The translations under genes were made by a program, and so were the position numbers. This document shows, in pieces, positions 1 to 9,825 of a DNA stretch of 31,290 bases (position 1 is the stretch's first letter; each line of letters begins with the position of its first letter). This DNA is from an uncultured virus (IMG/VR IMGVR_UViG_2651869845_000001). Taxonomy: Duplodnaviria; Heunggongvirae; Uroviricota; Caudoviricetes. The DNA lies in the IMG/VR virus record IMGVR_UViG_2651869845_000001, one strand, 5' to 3'. Under the pieces are notes generated by a model that was not told the DNA's origin, searched no databases, and saw nothing but the letters and a program-made list of their open reading frames with translations.

Positions 1-663
1 GATGTTCACGCCGGAGGAGAAGCTGATGTCGGTGCGGCGGGCCCCCAACCGGGGCCAGCCGAGGCGGATCCGGCGGATCGCATCGGTTTTGTCGGCGTTC
101 CAGGCGACCGTGCATGAGTAGTCCGGGCTGGCGTCTGCGGATACCTGGTCGTCGACCAGGTCACCCAGGGCCCTGGCGTCCCACCGGTTCGAGTGCAGGA
201 CGTCCTCGGGGGTTCCGACGGTCGACGTGGAGGTGGTGCTGTCGACGACGACTCCCAGGTTCCCGTCGGTGATGGACTGCGCGTACGCCCACACGTCGCG
301 GATGACTTTGCACCGGTCGGCGTAGACGTAGGGGCCGCGGCCGTTGAGTTCGCCGTCCAGGTCGTACCGGTGCATCAGGTACGACGACCAGCTAGCGGCC
401 TCGATGGCGTACTCCGAGCCCTGGGGACGGGCGTCCCACACCAGGCCACCCCAGGTCAGGTCGCCGGCCTCTTCGACGTATATGAGGGTGGTGCCCGGGT
501 CGAGGAGGGTCGGGTTCTGGGCGACCAGGCGTGGCGACAGCTTCCCCGACAGGGACCCGGGGCCGTTGAGTTCGTCGCCGTACTCGCGGGCGGTGAGCGG
601 CAGGGCGGGTGACAGCCACTCCCCGGTGAGGGCGTTCTGGGTGAGGATGCGGGTCCCGGTCAC
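1..663 (-). CDS. Minor tail protein (baseplate hub/Tal-like), truncated by window edge
   Basis: Not in the ORF track; translated by hand from GTG at 663 (GTGA overlap with upstream stop): MTGTRILTQNALTGEWLSPALPL...ELNGPGSLSG...LTWGGLVW...IRLGWPRLG, open to base 1. LNGPG and WGG-W patterns are typical of actinophage minor tail proteins. Confidence 0.8.
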   Translation of the reverse strand, partial: MTGTRILTQNALTGEWLSPALPLTAREYGDELNGPGSLSGKLSPRLVAQNPTLLDPGTTLIYVEEAGDLTWGGLVWDARPQGSEYAIEAASWSSYLMHRYDLDGELNGRGPYVYADRCKVIRDVWAYAQSITDGNLGVVVDSTTSTSTVGTPEDVLHSNRWDARALGDLVDDQVSADASPDYSCTVAWNADKTDAIRRIRLGWPRLGARRTDISFSSGVNI

Positions 664-1595
664 CGCGGCGCCTCGGAGAACTCGATGTCGTAGGACCAGG
701 TGCTGCTGGAGTCGGCTGCGACGGTGCCGGCGTTGCCGGTGCTGCCGCCGAACTGGGGGCGCAGGAGCTGGCTGGTGCCCCGGTAGGCGTCGGGGATCGT
801 GAACGTGTCGCAGCACTTCGCGTACAGGCGCCGGACCCCGCTCCCGTTGTCGTCAACGATGACGGGCTGCATCGTCAGCGACGCCCCGAACGTCGCCCTG
901 ATGTTCCCGAACACCGCGGCGGTCGCGAGGCGCAGGCCGCCCACATCGACGATGACTCGGGCGGTGGATGCCCAGTCCGGGACGGGGACGCTGATGCCGG
1001 CCGTGGTGGAGAAGTAGCTGTAGACGAGGGTGGTGCCGCCGATCTGTGTCGACGTGGACGCCGGGGACTGGGTGAACAGGGTTCGGTCCCGGCGGGGGGT
1101 GGCGACCTTCCGGATATCCTTGACCATCGCGTTCGTGATGGTGCTGGTCGACGAGGGGATGTCGATGCGGGCCAGGGGGATCCCTGTCCGGCCGTCGGGG
1201 ATGGTCGTGGCGCTGGACGACACGTTCGAGATGACTTGGAAGTAGCAGATTTGGTCCGTGACCGGGTCGAGGTCGCCCTCGTACTCGGGGTCTTCGACAC
1301 GGAGGATCACCATGTCGGATCGGGCGCTGCCGCCGGTCGCGGAGATGTCGACGAGGGCGGTCCCGATGTTGCAAACCGAGTAGTGGCCCTGGTTCGCGTT
1401 GGCTCGGCCGCGGATGACCCCGGACCCATCGGCAACCTGAACCCCGGATCCGGGTGTGCTGCGCTGGGTGACCTTGAGGTCGTCGCCCTCGGTGATGCCC
1501 TCAGCGGCGGACACCAGGTCGCGGACCATCATGCGGAACTGCTGGGCGGAGTGGGTGGCGCCGTTGGTGAGGATCGGCACCTGGAACAGGGTCAT
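660..1595 (-). CDS. Minor tail/baseplate protein (311 aa)
   Basis: Follows Dit; RSDMVILRVEDPEY and IPLARIDIP segments resemble actinophage minor tail proteins; GAGGAG RBS upstream. Confidence 0.8.
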   Translation of the reverse strand: MTLFQVPILTNGATHSAQQFRMMVRDLVSAAEGITEGDDLKVTQRSTPGSGVQVADGSGVIRGRANANQGHYSVCNIGTALVDISATGGSARSDMVILRVEDPEYEGDLDPVTDQICYFQVISNVSSSATTIPDGRTGIPLARIDIPSSTSTITNAMVKDIRKVATPRRDRTLFTQSPASTSTQIGGTTLVYSYFSTTAGISVPVPDWASTARVIVDVGGLRLATAAVFGNIRATFGASLTMQPVIVDDNGSGVRRLYAKCCDTFTIPDAYRGTSQLLRPQFGGSTGNAGTVAADSSSTWSYDIEFSEAPR

Positions 1596-1607
1596 CGCTG
1601 TCGCTCC

Positions 1608-2510
1608 TCAGAGGGCGTTGTAGGCGTTGCGCCAGGTCAGGCGCATGCGGGCAGTGTTGGTGTTGTCGAACGCGGTCCAGCGCATCTCGGACTGGCCGGG
1701 CGGCAGGGAAAACAGGTCGATCCGCGACGACGGGGACATGAGGGTGGAGGCGTTGCCGCCGGTCTCGCGGGTGACGGTGCGGTAGCCGGGCCGGGTGTCG
1801 ATCTCGATCCACTGGCCTGCGCTCAGGTTCAGGGTGGGGAAGGAGAGCTGCCGGCCGGATTCGGCGTGGGTGATGGTGACGGTGGCGCACGGCCCGGTGA
1901 TGCGGATGATCGGCCACGCGTCCGCGGTGCCGTCGTTGTGGGCCCACCCAGGCCGGTCTGCGGCGACCGTTCCGTCCTGCACGAAGATCGGTGCGACGAC
2001 CGGGGCTGCGAACCCGCCGCCGGTGAGCCAGCCCAGGGGGATCTCGGTGACGGAGATGGTGTCGCCGTACCAGACGGGGTCCTGGGCGATGAACTCGATG
2101 TCGAGGGGCATGTAGCCGTAGATGACGCGGGCGTACTCGGGGTCGATCTTCCGGACGCGTCCGGTGAGGCGCTTGACCGGGCGTCCGGGGCGTTTGATGC
2201 GGAGCGTGGTCCCGACGCCACCCGTGAGGCGTGTCGCCGGGTCGGCGTACGCCTGCAGGAGGGTTGCGAGGATCTCCTCGCACGCCTCACGGTCTCCTGG
2301 GATGCGGATCGCGGCGTCGATCTGGACCTGCCGGGATGCCCAGTAGTCCGGGCCGGCCCAGGCGCCGTCCATGGAGGGCTGGTCGACGTCGTTGGTGCGG
2401 ACCGGGGGGCGTCCCAGGCCGGCCACGTCGATGATGTTGATGGCGGTGTCCGGTCCGAGGAGGATGCCTCCTAGGTCGATCTGACCGTCGATCAGTGCAA
2501 GGTCAGGCAC
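1608..2510 (-). CDS. Distal tail protein (Dit)
   Basis: 300 aa immediately after tape measure; FIAQDPVWY, N-G-A-AWPIIRITGP, IEIDT, LPPGQS motifs of the siphophage Dit family. Confidence 0.85.
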   Translation of the reverse strand: MPDLALIDGQIDLGGILLGPDTAINIIDVAGLGRPPVRTNDVDQPSMDGAWAGPDYWASRQVQIDAAIRIPGDREACEEILATLLQAYADPATRLTGGVGTTLRIKRPGRPVKRLTGRVRKIDPEYARVIYGYMPLDIEFIAQDPVWYGDTISVTEIPLGWLTGGGFAAPVVAPIFVQDGTVAADRPGWAHNDGTADAWPIIRITGPCATVTITHAESGRQLSFPTLNLSAGQWIEIDTRPGYRTVTRETGGNASTLMSPSSRIDLFSLPPGQSEMRWTAFDNTNTARMRLTWRNAYNAL

Positions 2511-5500
2511 GGGCTGCCACCCCTCCTCTGCGGGCGCGCCGCACGCTGCGACCGACCTGCGCTCCGATGTCAGATCCGGACGCGTTGCTGCGTACGGGGG
2601 TGACGGTGACGTGGGTGTCGCCGGCCTGCTGGACTACGACTACGGGCCGGTTGGAGGAGAGGTCCGTCATGGACACCCCGAACCTGCCGGCGACATCGCG
2701 GAGGACCTTGGTGGCGGCGCCCCGCTTGTTGGACCCGAGGGGGATGTAGGCCTCCCCGCCGGTGGACGGCTCCGCAAAATTCACGATGCCGCCCTGGGTG
2801 GCATACATGCCGGCCCTGATCCCCCCGTCGGCGTACGACAGGTGCTTCTGCGCCCTGCCCAGGTCAGCAAGGAACTTCGTGGCACGGGAGCCAAGGGCGG
2901 ACTTGATCTGGGCGGTGGAGCGGGTAGCGGTGGAGATGATGTCGTCCTCGCCCAAGCCCGTGGCCGCGGCAACGTCGTGGATTCCGGTCTTGGCGGTCTT
3001 CACCGCGGCGATGATGGAGACGAGCTGCTGAACCTGCTCCCCCGTCAGGGCGTTGTTGGCCTTGCCCGCAGCGGTGTTCGCGGTCGCGGCCTTCTTCGGG
3101 TCGGCCACAGCGGCCGCCGCCAACTGCTGCGCCGCCTCATCCCCCTGCGCGGCAAGCTGCTTCGCGAGTTCCCCGAACCCTTTCCCGGCGAGCTTGGCCA
3201 GGTTGGAGGCGAACGTGGTGTTGGTGGTGGTGGCCTTGCCGATCTCCCGCGTGTAGTCCGTCAGGGAGGCCTTGGCCGTGGCCGCCAAACCGCGCAGCGC
3301 CGCAGACATCTGCTTCAGGTAGGACGTCGACCCGGTCGCCATCTTGTGGGTGAGGGCGATGCCGTCCTTGCCCATGGACGCGAGGGCGTCCGCGACGTCC
3401 CCGCCGGCGAGGTCGGCAACCTTCTGCAGGTCCTTGTTCCACGCCGCGGTCGCTTTCGACGTCGACTTGAGCTTCGACTCGACCGTGGACAGGTCGAAGA
3501 AGTCGACTTCCTTGGTGACCTTCTTGCCCTTGACCTTGGTGGTGACCTTCTTGGTCTTGTTGCCTGCCGACCCGGCCTCGGAGGCGCTGTACAGGGATCC
3601 GGTGGACGGGTCGTACCGGAAGTCGGTGACACCTCCGTCGGCTTTCCAGGCGATGCCCTTGCCGCCCAGGCGTCGCACAGTCTCTTCTGCGATCTCGCGG
3701 GACCGTCCGCGCTTGGACGGGGCGAGGGGGATGTACGCCTCGCCCTGCGTTTCGGGTTCCGCCCATACCCGCCACTGCCCGCCGGGGGCGATCTGGGCGA
3801 CGTGGTTCTCGCCACCGTCGGCGAAGTACCGGATCCCGTTCTGGGTGAGTCCGCCGTTGGCGTTGGGCCGGGGGTGGGTCTCCATGAAGGTGGAGGGGGT
3901 TCCGACGGTGCGGAACACGCTGGTGATGTTGATGGTTCGGTCGTGGAGGGACGCGATGGCGTTGCGGGCGGCGGCTACCGCCCCACCGGTCTTGTTGATC
4001 GCCAGCAGGGCGAGGGCCTTCTGCTGCTTCAACGAGTTGACCTTGCGCTGCGCCGCGCTGACCTGGGCGTCCAGCTGCTTCTTGTCCGCGCCGACTGCGG
4101 TCTTGCGCTTCTGCTTCAGGGAGTCGACCCGCCCCTGAGCAGATTTGATCTTCGCGTCGAGGTCGGTGATGTCGCCCTTGAAGATGGCCTTCGGGGTCGG
4201 CATTGTCAGGATCCGGTCGGCGAGCTGGCTGGCCTGAGTCTTCGTGAGGCCCATCGCATCACCCTGGGCGATGATCTGCGAACGGCCCCGCTCGTAGATG
4301 GCGCTGACCTGCGACCAGGACCCGCCGGACTCCCGCACCGACGACGCGTACTCATCCGTGCTGGAGGCGATCGTGCGGAGGGCTGCTTCCTCGTTTCGGG
4401 CCTTCTCCGAGCTGAGGTCCAGCTGCCCGTTGTGCATGGACAGGGCGGCCCCGTTGTCCTTCAACGCCTTCGTGCCGGCGTCGATGGCGGCCTCGAACGC
4501 GTTCTGCCCGCCCAAGCTCGCCCGCTGCACGTCGTTCAGGGCGACGAGGGACTGCCGCAGCCCGTCCGCGGACTGCTTCTGCGCGGCGAGCTTCGCCTGC
4601 ACAGCCTGGGCCTGGTCACCGAACAGGCCCATCGACTGGGCGGCCATCTTCTGCTCGAACGCCGCGTCCTTGATCGACTGCTTGTAGTCGTCCAACTGGG
4701 CGTCGACCTCTTTCGAGGTCAGGCCCTGCTTGCGCAACTGCACTTCGATCTCTGCCAGTGCGGCCTTCGCCTGATCGGCGTGACCACTCGACACCATCCC
4801 GGCCAGAGCCTTGTCGAGTCCGTCCCACGCCGCCTTGGCGTCCTTGACTGGGGTCGAGTCCGTACCGAACAGCGAGATCAGCGACTGTTGGGCCTGGTCC
4901 AGGCCCTTAGGGTCGACGATCTTCTGCAGGCTGTCTCCCAGGCCCGCCAGGTCCTTCCCGAACACGCGGGCCGCTTCGCCGCTGACCTTGCCGGTAGCTG
5001 CCAGCCGGGCGAGTGAGGTGGTGAGTTTGTCGACGTCTGGAGGGGTCTTCTTCCCTCTGTCCGACAGTGCCATCAAGGCGACTACGAGCAGCCCGATTCC
5101 GGTCGACGCGACCGCTATGCGCGCCGAGACGGACATGGCCATGAAGGCGACCCTGAGCGTCGACAGGGCACCGGATGCTCCGATGGCTGCCGTGCCGGCC
5201 AGGGTGACCTGTGCGGTGATCGCCGCCATGGCCATCTTGATTGCTGCACCGCCTGCCACGGCGAGCTTGACGGCCTTGATGGCGATGGCGAGCTGCAGCA
5301 GGTTCGTGATGACCGACGTGGGGACGGCGTTGACGAGGTGGGCGAGGATGCTGACCAGGGTCAGCATGCCGACGCCCACCCCGGACGCGGCGCTGATCAA
5401 GTGGATGATCGCTGTGGCCAGGTCCTTGAGGGTCTTCCCGACGAGGGGCCCGTTCTCCCGGGCGTACTGCATGAACTCGGTGATCTGGCTGTCGCCGGTG

Positions 5501-7293
5501 CCGTTCTCGAGGGCCTGACCGAACCTCAGCACCCCAGTCGTCGCGTCCCGCAAGGCCCCGGCGGCGAGCTTGTCGACCTTGCCCATGAACGTGTCGAACC
5601 CGGGGCTCTCCATGCCCCCGGCGATGATCGTCTCCATGCGGGACAGCTCAGTGCTGGACGTTTTCGCGAGGGGCGACAGGTGCTCGAGCAGCCCGGAGAA
5701 GATGCCCAACCCCTTGGTGACGACGGGCATCGTGTCGCCCGCCAGGGAGTCGCTCCAGGCCTTGTACGCATCCTGCGCGACCGCCAGTGCTGCCGCAGCC
5801 TGCCGGGTGGCGGGGGGCATCTTCTGGACGCTCTGCAGGTACGCCGTCTCCGCCTGCGCCGCTTCCTTCGATGCCGCCCCGTGCTTGGCGACCGCGTCGT
5901 CGAAGGCCTTCTCCGCTTTCGCCGCGTCGGTGAGGGCACTGATCTGCCCGATCAGGGCTGCCCCGAAGGCGCCGACGGACAGGCCAGCCGCGCCGGCGAG
6001 CGGAATGATCGGTGCGATCGATGCGGCGATGGGCAGGAGCGCGGGGGCCAGCATGAGGGCGACCGACATGAGCTTGTTCATGCCGCCGGCCGCGTTGCCG
6101 CTGGATCCTCCGAGTCCCCCGAGGTTGCCGTTGAGGCCGCCCATGTGGCCGCCGACGGTGGTCAGTACCCCGTCCAGGTCGTTGAGGTCGGTGCGCAGGG
6201 TGCGGGCGCGGCCGGCCAGGGCATCGAGCCTGCCGTCTCCGGTGGAGGCGTGGTTGTTGAGGGTGCGCAGGGCTACACCCGCGGCGAGGGCGTTGGTGCG
6301 CAGGTCCCCCAGTGCCTCAGCGGTTGCGGCGGCCCGGCCGCGGAGCGTGCGCAGGGCGTTCGACGCGTTCTGCGCGGCCTCTTTCATCGCGTCCAGGGCT
6401 GCTGCGGCGGCGGTGGCTCGGGTCGCGAGGGTGGTGAGGGCGGTGTTGGCGCGGGACGCGTTGTCCCGCAGCTCTGCCATCGCTGTGGCTGCGGCGGTGA
6501 TCTGTGCGGAGTCTCCGTCGAAGACGACGTTCAGCTGCACGGGGCTGAGGAGCCGTAGGGCATCGACTGCTTCACGGACTTCCCGCAGCCCGGGCCCGGT
6601 GTCGTCATCGACGGTGGCCCGCAGCTGGACGGGGCTCATGCTCTCGAGGGCGGCGATGGCCTCACGGACTGCGGCGAGCCCGGGGCTGGTCTCGTCATCG
6701 AGGTTCGCGACGAGCTGGACAGGACCTAGGGTCTCGAGGTCTGTGATGGCGGTGCGCAGGCCGGCGATCCCCGCGGTGGTTTGGTTGTCGAGTTGGGCGA
6801 CGAGTTCGATGGGGCTGAGTGCGCGCAGACCGGTTATGGCGGTCTGGATTTCGGTGGTGCCGGTGGAGGTCTGGTTGTCGAGGGTGGCGGTGATGCGTAC
6901 GTCGCTGACGGCCCGCAGCTGCTCGTCAGCAAGCTCCGCCGCGGCAGCCAACTCCAGCATCTGACGGGATGCCTTGCCGGCTTCGCCGGCGAGCTGGTCG
7001 AGGCGGCCCTGCGTGGTCTGTGCCGACGTCCCGAGGCTGAGGATCTTCCCGTCGGTGGTTGTGGCCGCCCCGCCCAGGTCCTTGACGTTGCGTTTGGCGG
7101 CAGTCGCCGACGTGCCGAGCGAGTCGAGCCGGCCGGATGCGACGAGCGACGCGTCACCCAGGCCCTGAATGTCGTTCTTCGCAGCGCGGGAGGCTACCCC
7201 GAGGGCGCGGGCTTCCTTCGCGTCGGCTCGCAGCTTCGTCGACAGGTCATTGTCCCGACCGGTCAGGTCCACTGACAGATTCCAGTTGGCCAC
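2503..7293 (-). CDS. Tape measure protein (1596 aa)
   Basis: Largest ORF, Ala-rich helical with hydrophobic central segments and ADGG...AEP-T-GEAYIPL C-terminal motifs; located after tail chaperones. Confidence 0.95.
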   Translation of the reverse strand: MANWNLSVDLTGRDNDLSTKLRADAKEARALGVASRAAKNDIQGLGDASLVASGRLDSLGTSATAAKRNVKDLGGAATTTDGKILSLGTSAQTTQGRLDQLAGEAGKASRQMLELAAAAELADEQLRAVSDVRITATLDNQTSTGTTEIQTAITGLRALSPIELVAQLDNQTTAGIAGLRTAITDLETLGPVQLVANLDDETSPGLAAVREAIAALESMSPVQLRATVDDDTGPGLREVREAVDALRLLSPVQLNVVFDGDSAQITAAATAMAELRDNASRANTALTTLATRATAAAAALDAMKEAAQNASNALRTLRGRAAATAEALGDLRTNALAAGVALRTLNNHASTGDGRLDALAGRARTLRTDLNDLDGVLTTVGGHMGGLNGNLGGLGGSSGNAAGGMNKLMSVALMLAPALLPIAASIAPIIPLAGAAGLSVGAFGAALIGQISALTDAAKAEKAFDDAVAKHGAASKEAAQAETAYLQSVQKMPPATRQAAAALAVAQDAYKAWSDSLAGDTMPVVTKGLGIFSGLLEHLSPLAKTSSTELSRMETIIAGGMESPGFDTFMGKVDKLAAGALRDATTGVLRFGQALENGTGDSQITEFMQYARENGPLVGKTLKDLATAIIHLISAASGVGVGMLTLVSILAHLVNAVPTSVITNLLQLAIAIKAVKLAVAGGAAIKMAMAAITAQVTLAGTAAIGASGALSTLRVAFMAMSVSARIAVASTGIGLLVVALMALSDRGKKTPPDVDKLTTSLARLAATGKVSGEAARVFGKDLAGLGDSLQKIVDPKGLDQAQQSLISLFGTDSTPVKDAKAAWDGLDKALAGMVSSGHADQAKAALAEIEVQLRKQGLTSKEVDAQLDDYKQSIKDAAFEQKMAAQSMGLFGDQAQAVQAKLAAQKQSADGLRQSLVALNDVQRASLGGQNAFEAAIDAGTKALKDNGAALSMHNGQLDLSSEKARNEEAALRTIASSTDEYASSVRESGGSWSQVSAIYERGRSQIIAQGDAMGLTKTQASQLADRILTMPTPKAIFKGDITDLDAKIKSAQGRVDSLKQKRKTAVGADKKQLDAQVSAAQRKVNSLKQQKALALLAINKTGGAVAAARNAIASLHDRTINITSVFRTVGTPSTFMETHPRPNANGGLTQNGIRYFADGGENHVAQIAPGGQWRVWAEPETQGEAYIPLAPSKRGRSREIAEETVRRLGGKGIAWKADGGVTDFRYDPSTGSLYSASEAGSAGNKTKKVTTKVKGKKVTKEVDFFDLSTVESKLKSTSKATAAWNKDLQKVADLAGGDVADALASMGKDGIALTHKMATGSTSYLKQMSAALRGLAATAKASLTDYTREIGKATTTNTTFASNLAKLAGKGFGELAKQLAAQGDEAAQQLAAAAVADPKKAATANTAAGKANNALTGEQVQQLVSIIAAVKTAKTGIHDVAAATGLGEDDIISTATRSTAQIKSALGSRATKFLADLGRAQKHLSYADGGIRAGMYATQGGIVNFAEPSTGGEAYIPLGSNKRGAATKVLRDVAGRFGVSMTDLSSNRPVVVVQQAGDTHVTVTPVRSNASGSDIGAQVGRSVRRARRGGVAARA
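6510..6900 (-). repeat. 30-aa (90-bp period) tandem repeat in tape measure N-terminal region, ~4.3 units
   Basis: VRITATLDNQT.., IELVAQLDNQT.., VQLVANLDDET.., VQLRATVDDDT.., VQLNVVFDGD; unit starts near 6900, 6810, 6720, 6630, 6540. Confidence 0.85.
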
Positions 7294-7310
7294 CGCCCCG
7301 CCCTCCTCTC

Positions 7311-7682
7311 CTACGCCTCAGCCAGCTCTTCTTGGACCCGCAGCGCTGCGACGATCGACGCCGGCAGCAGCACGACTTTCATCCCGGCCGACGCGGGCCC
7401 GTCCGGGATTTCCTTCTGCACGCGGGCGACCTCTTCGCAGCCGAAGCACATGTGGGTGCTCGCCTCGTAGGCGTAGGGGTCGCCGCCCAGGTCGGGGTCC
7501 CAGTCCGCTTCGCGGGTCCCGCACTGGGGGCACACGCTGCGCTGGTACTCCTGGTAGGCGAGGGCCTTGGCCCGGTCGCGGGCTGTCCACCTGCCGTCCC
7601 CGGCGCCTCGGAAGAGGGAGTGCGGGATGCCCCACCGGTCGCACAGCTCGAGTTCTTTCCGCAGACCGTCATCTGCGATCAA
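7311..7682 (-). CDS. Tail assembly chaperone, second (T) frame, expressed by -1 frameshift
   Basis: Overlaps end of G gene in the -1 frame, reached via GGGAAAA; contains CPQC and CFGC pairs; directly before tape measure. Confidence 0.85.
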   Translation of the reverse strand: MIADDGLRKELELCDRWGIPHSLFRGAGDGRWTARDRAKALAYQEYQRSVCPQCGTREADWDPDLGGDPYAYEASTHMCFGCEEVARVQKEIPDGPASAGMKVVLLPASIVAALRVQEELAEA

Positions 7683-8266
7683 CCTTTTCCCACGTCAAAG
7701 CGCACCACCTGCTGGACGTCCCAGGCGGCCTGGAACAGTTGGGCGGCTTCGGCGACCGCCCATTCGTTGAGGTAGGCGCGGGCGTCGTCCTCGGTGATGC
7801 CGTCCATGGAGCAGCGGGAGATGAGGACCGGGCCGATGGTCTCCGCGTTGGCGAGGGCCCCCTCGTCGGCCTGGGTCTCGGTCGGGGGGTGTTCGGCTTT
7901 CAGCTCGTCGAACTCGTCGCGCGGGAGGGCCTGAAAGCGCAGAACCATGGCGACCGCGTCGAACGCCTCCTGCGCGGCAGCGACATCGGCGGCGGCCTTC
8001 TCCAGGGCTTCCTTCAGCTCCGCGTTGTCCTCGTCCACGGCGAATCGGTCACGGAGCCGTCCCTGCGCGTACTGGGCGGCGGCGAGGGCCTGCTTGACCT
8101 CGTGGTCGTCGCAGATCGTCAGCTTTGCCGTGGGCCGGGTGCGGTTCCGCAGGCGTTCGCGTGTGGCAGCCCAGTGGGCGTCCTGCGCAACTGCCTGCGC
8201 GGGCGGCTCGGGCTTGTCCGCAGCCGGCTTCGTGGCGGCGGTCTTCTTCGCTGTGGTGGTGGTCAT
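7679..8266 (-). CDS. Tail assembly chaperone (G)
   Basis: 195 aa between tail tube and tape measure; GGAGG RBS; ends ...DVGKG over a slippery heptamer. Confidence 0.85.
   Translation of the reverse strand: MTTTTAKKTAATKPAADKPEPPAQAVAQDAHWAATRERLRNRTRPTAKLTICDDHEVKQALAAAQYAQGRLRDRFAVDEDNAELKEALEKAAADVAAAQEAFDAVAMVLRFQALPRDEFDELKAEHPPTETQADEGALANAETIGPVLISRCSMDGITEDDARAYLNEWAVAEAAQLFQAAWDVQQVVRFDVGKG
7685..7691 (-). other. Programmed -1 ribosomal frameshift site G GGA AAA
   Basis: Minus strand GAC GTG GGA AAA GGT TGA; -1 frame reads GGG AAA AGG TTG ATC into the 7311-7682 ORF. Confidence 0.9.
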
Positions 8267-8285
8267 GTGGTGGGTCCTCCGTCAG

Positions 8286-8326
8286 GGGAAGGGGACCCGA
8301 CCGGGCACCGCAGGGTGCCCCTTCCC
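8286..8326 (-). terminator. Stem-loop downstream of tail tube gene
   Basis: gggaagggg...ccccttccc inverted repeat with inner gggcacc/ggtgccc stem; no U-tract. Confidence 0.5.
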
Positions 8327-8377
8327 AAGGTCACCTTTGGGCCCGGCCGGGAGCTGGGGAGCGAGTGAGGTGACTGG

Positions 8378-8860
8378 TCAGGGGGTGACTGCGGGCACGG
8401 GGGCGCCCTGCACCGGGCGGGAGGTGATGGAGCAGGTCACGACGAACTGGGCGGCCTGGTTCTCCGCGGTGTACTGCGGGGACTGCGAGGCGACACGGAT
8501 CGGGAAGATGTCCATCGACGTGGAAGCCGCGACGTCGCCCTTACGGAGGATGACGACGAATCCCTCCGTGCCCTTGGCGAACGTGGCCTCGGTGGTGGCG
8601 GTGTCTTCGTCCTCGTAGAACGTGAAGCTCGAGGACTCCGCCTTGTCCGAGCCGGGGATGGTCGAGTCGTAGGTGTCCGCCATGTTCGGCGTTTCGATCT
8701 CGTTGTTGGTGACCGTCCAGCCGTCCATGGCGGCGATCTGCTCGGAGAACTCCTCGCCGCCGGTCAGTTCGGCCCGGGTGGGGATCATGGAGGGGGCGGC
8801 GATCTCTTCGAGGAAGAAGAACTTCGACGTTCCCCTACGCATGTACTTCTTGACTGGCAT
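8378..8860 (-). CDS. Major tail (tube) protein
   Basis: MPVKKYMRRG...PTRAELTGG...IAAMDGW...IPG...GFVVILRKG...DIFPIRV; actinophage tail-tube pattern; start moved to ATG 8860 (AAGGGG RBS). Confidence 0.9.
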   Translation of the reverse strand: MPVKKYMRRGTSKFFFLEEIAAPSMIPTRAELTGGEEFSEQIAAMDGWTVTNNEIETPNMADTYDSTIPGSDKAESSSFTFYEDEDTATTEATFAKGTEGFVVILRKGDVAASTSMDIFPIRVASQSPQYTAENQAAQFVVTCSITSRPVQGAPVPAVTP

Positions 8861-8916
8861 GGGTGGACCCCTTGTCATGGGGCCATCCGTTGGTGCGGAC
8901 CCGGCCCCTACACGTG

Positions 8917-8975
8917 ATGTGTGGGTGCGGCCACCTGCGTGGTGGCGTCCGCGTGGGGTCCCGCCGCGGTGCGGT
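8917..8975 (-). promoter_or_regulatory. Conserved leader element, copy 1 (upstream of tail tube gene)
   Basis: atgtgtg-ggtgc-ggccacctgc-gt-ggtggcgtccgcgtggggt ... ggtgcggt matches 14681-14752. Confidence 0.6.
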
Positions 8976-8992
8976 AAAACACCTGACCAGAG

Positions 8993-9442
8993 TCAGGTGG
9001 AGGTCAGGTCGAACCTGAACCTCTGCACATAACTCATGATGGCATCGGAGGGATCATTCGTTGCCCCGGGTTCGGTGTCGAGCTCCCGGCAGACGACCTT
9101 TGCGCCGGGGATATCCAGTTGGTTCAGCCACAGTCCGGTCGTCGGGTCCCGTCCGAGGATCGCTTTGCGGGTCTTGTCGGCCATCCACTCGGATTGGTCG
9201 GACACGCCGAACGAATCAGGGTCGGTGGGGTCCGGGCCGGACACGCTGGTGATCTGGTAGACGAACGACGCGTCCTCGTTCAGGTCGGAGAAGGGGGCGC
9301 CGGACGCGATGGCTTCCAGGGGGTACAGCAGGGAGTAGGGCGGCACCGCACCTAGTGGCCGTCGGCCGCGGCCCGCTGGCTTCCCTGTGGCCGCCGCCAC
9401 CAGGACGCTCAGAGCCATCGTGAAGGGCAGACGCTCGATCAC
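8993..9442 (-). CDS. Tail terminator/completion protein (149 aa)
   Basis: True start GTG 9442 (GTGA overlap); PPYSLLYPL and VYQITSV patterns; precedes tail tube. Confidence 0.7.
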   Translation of the reverse strand: MIERLPFTMALSVLVAAATGKPAGRGRRPLGAVPPYSLLYPLEAIASGAPFSDLNEDASFVYQITSVSGPDPTDPDSFGVSDQSEWMADKTRKAILGRDPTTGLWLNQLDIPGAKVVCRELDTEPGATNDPSDAIMSYVQRFRFDLTST

Positions 9443-9825
9443 GACAAGACCTCCTCTACCGCGTTCCGCATCCCCGCCTGCAGTGCTGCCTCTATGGCGG
9501 GGATGGCTGTGCCGACGTGCGGGAACGGCGGCTGGTCGTAGTACCTGCCGATGGAGTCGACTCCGGTGAAGCCGAACTCGAGGCGCCGTCCCTGCGGTGC
9601 GTCGGTGCCGATCGTGCACTCCGCGCCGTTCGGCAATGACCTGGTCTGCGTCTGCCACGAGGCCCGGTAGTGACCGGTGATGACGTTCGGCCCGGGCCGG
9701 CCCGACGCGTTCGCCCGGATCATGCCGCGCCCCAACTCGCCGGCGTGCTGAACCCGTCCCCGGATCGCGGAGGGCAGGGCGTCAGCCGCCTGGTCGAGGC
9801 GGGTAGCGACTTCGTCTGGGGTCAC
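9439..9825 (-). CDS. HK97 gp10-like tail completion protein (128 aa)
   Basis: PNVITGHYRASW...IGTDAPQGRRLEFG...PPFPH match the PVxTGxLRxS / VEFG / PxPF pattern; GTG 9825 overlaps upstream stop. Confidence 0.85.
   Translation of the reverse strand: MTPDEVATRLDQAADALPSAIRGRVQHAGELGRGMIRANASGRPGPNVITGHYRASWQTQTRSLPNGAECTIGTDAPQGRRLEFGFTGVDSIGRYYDQPPFPHVGTAIPAIEAALQAGMRNAVEEVLS

Noticed and set aside
2611..5016. 801-aa plus-strand ORF (also 1236-2474, 5338-6558, 5570-6964, 12750-13934, 15715-17508, 20921-23050)
   Set aside because: Antisense shadows of real minus-strand genes caused by high GC3; no recognisable motifs.
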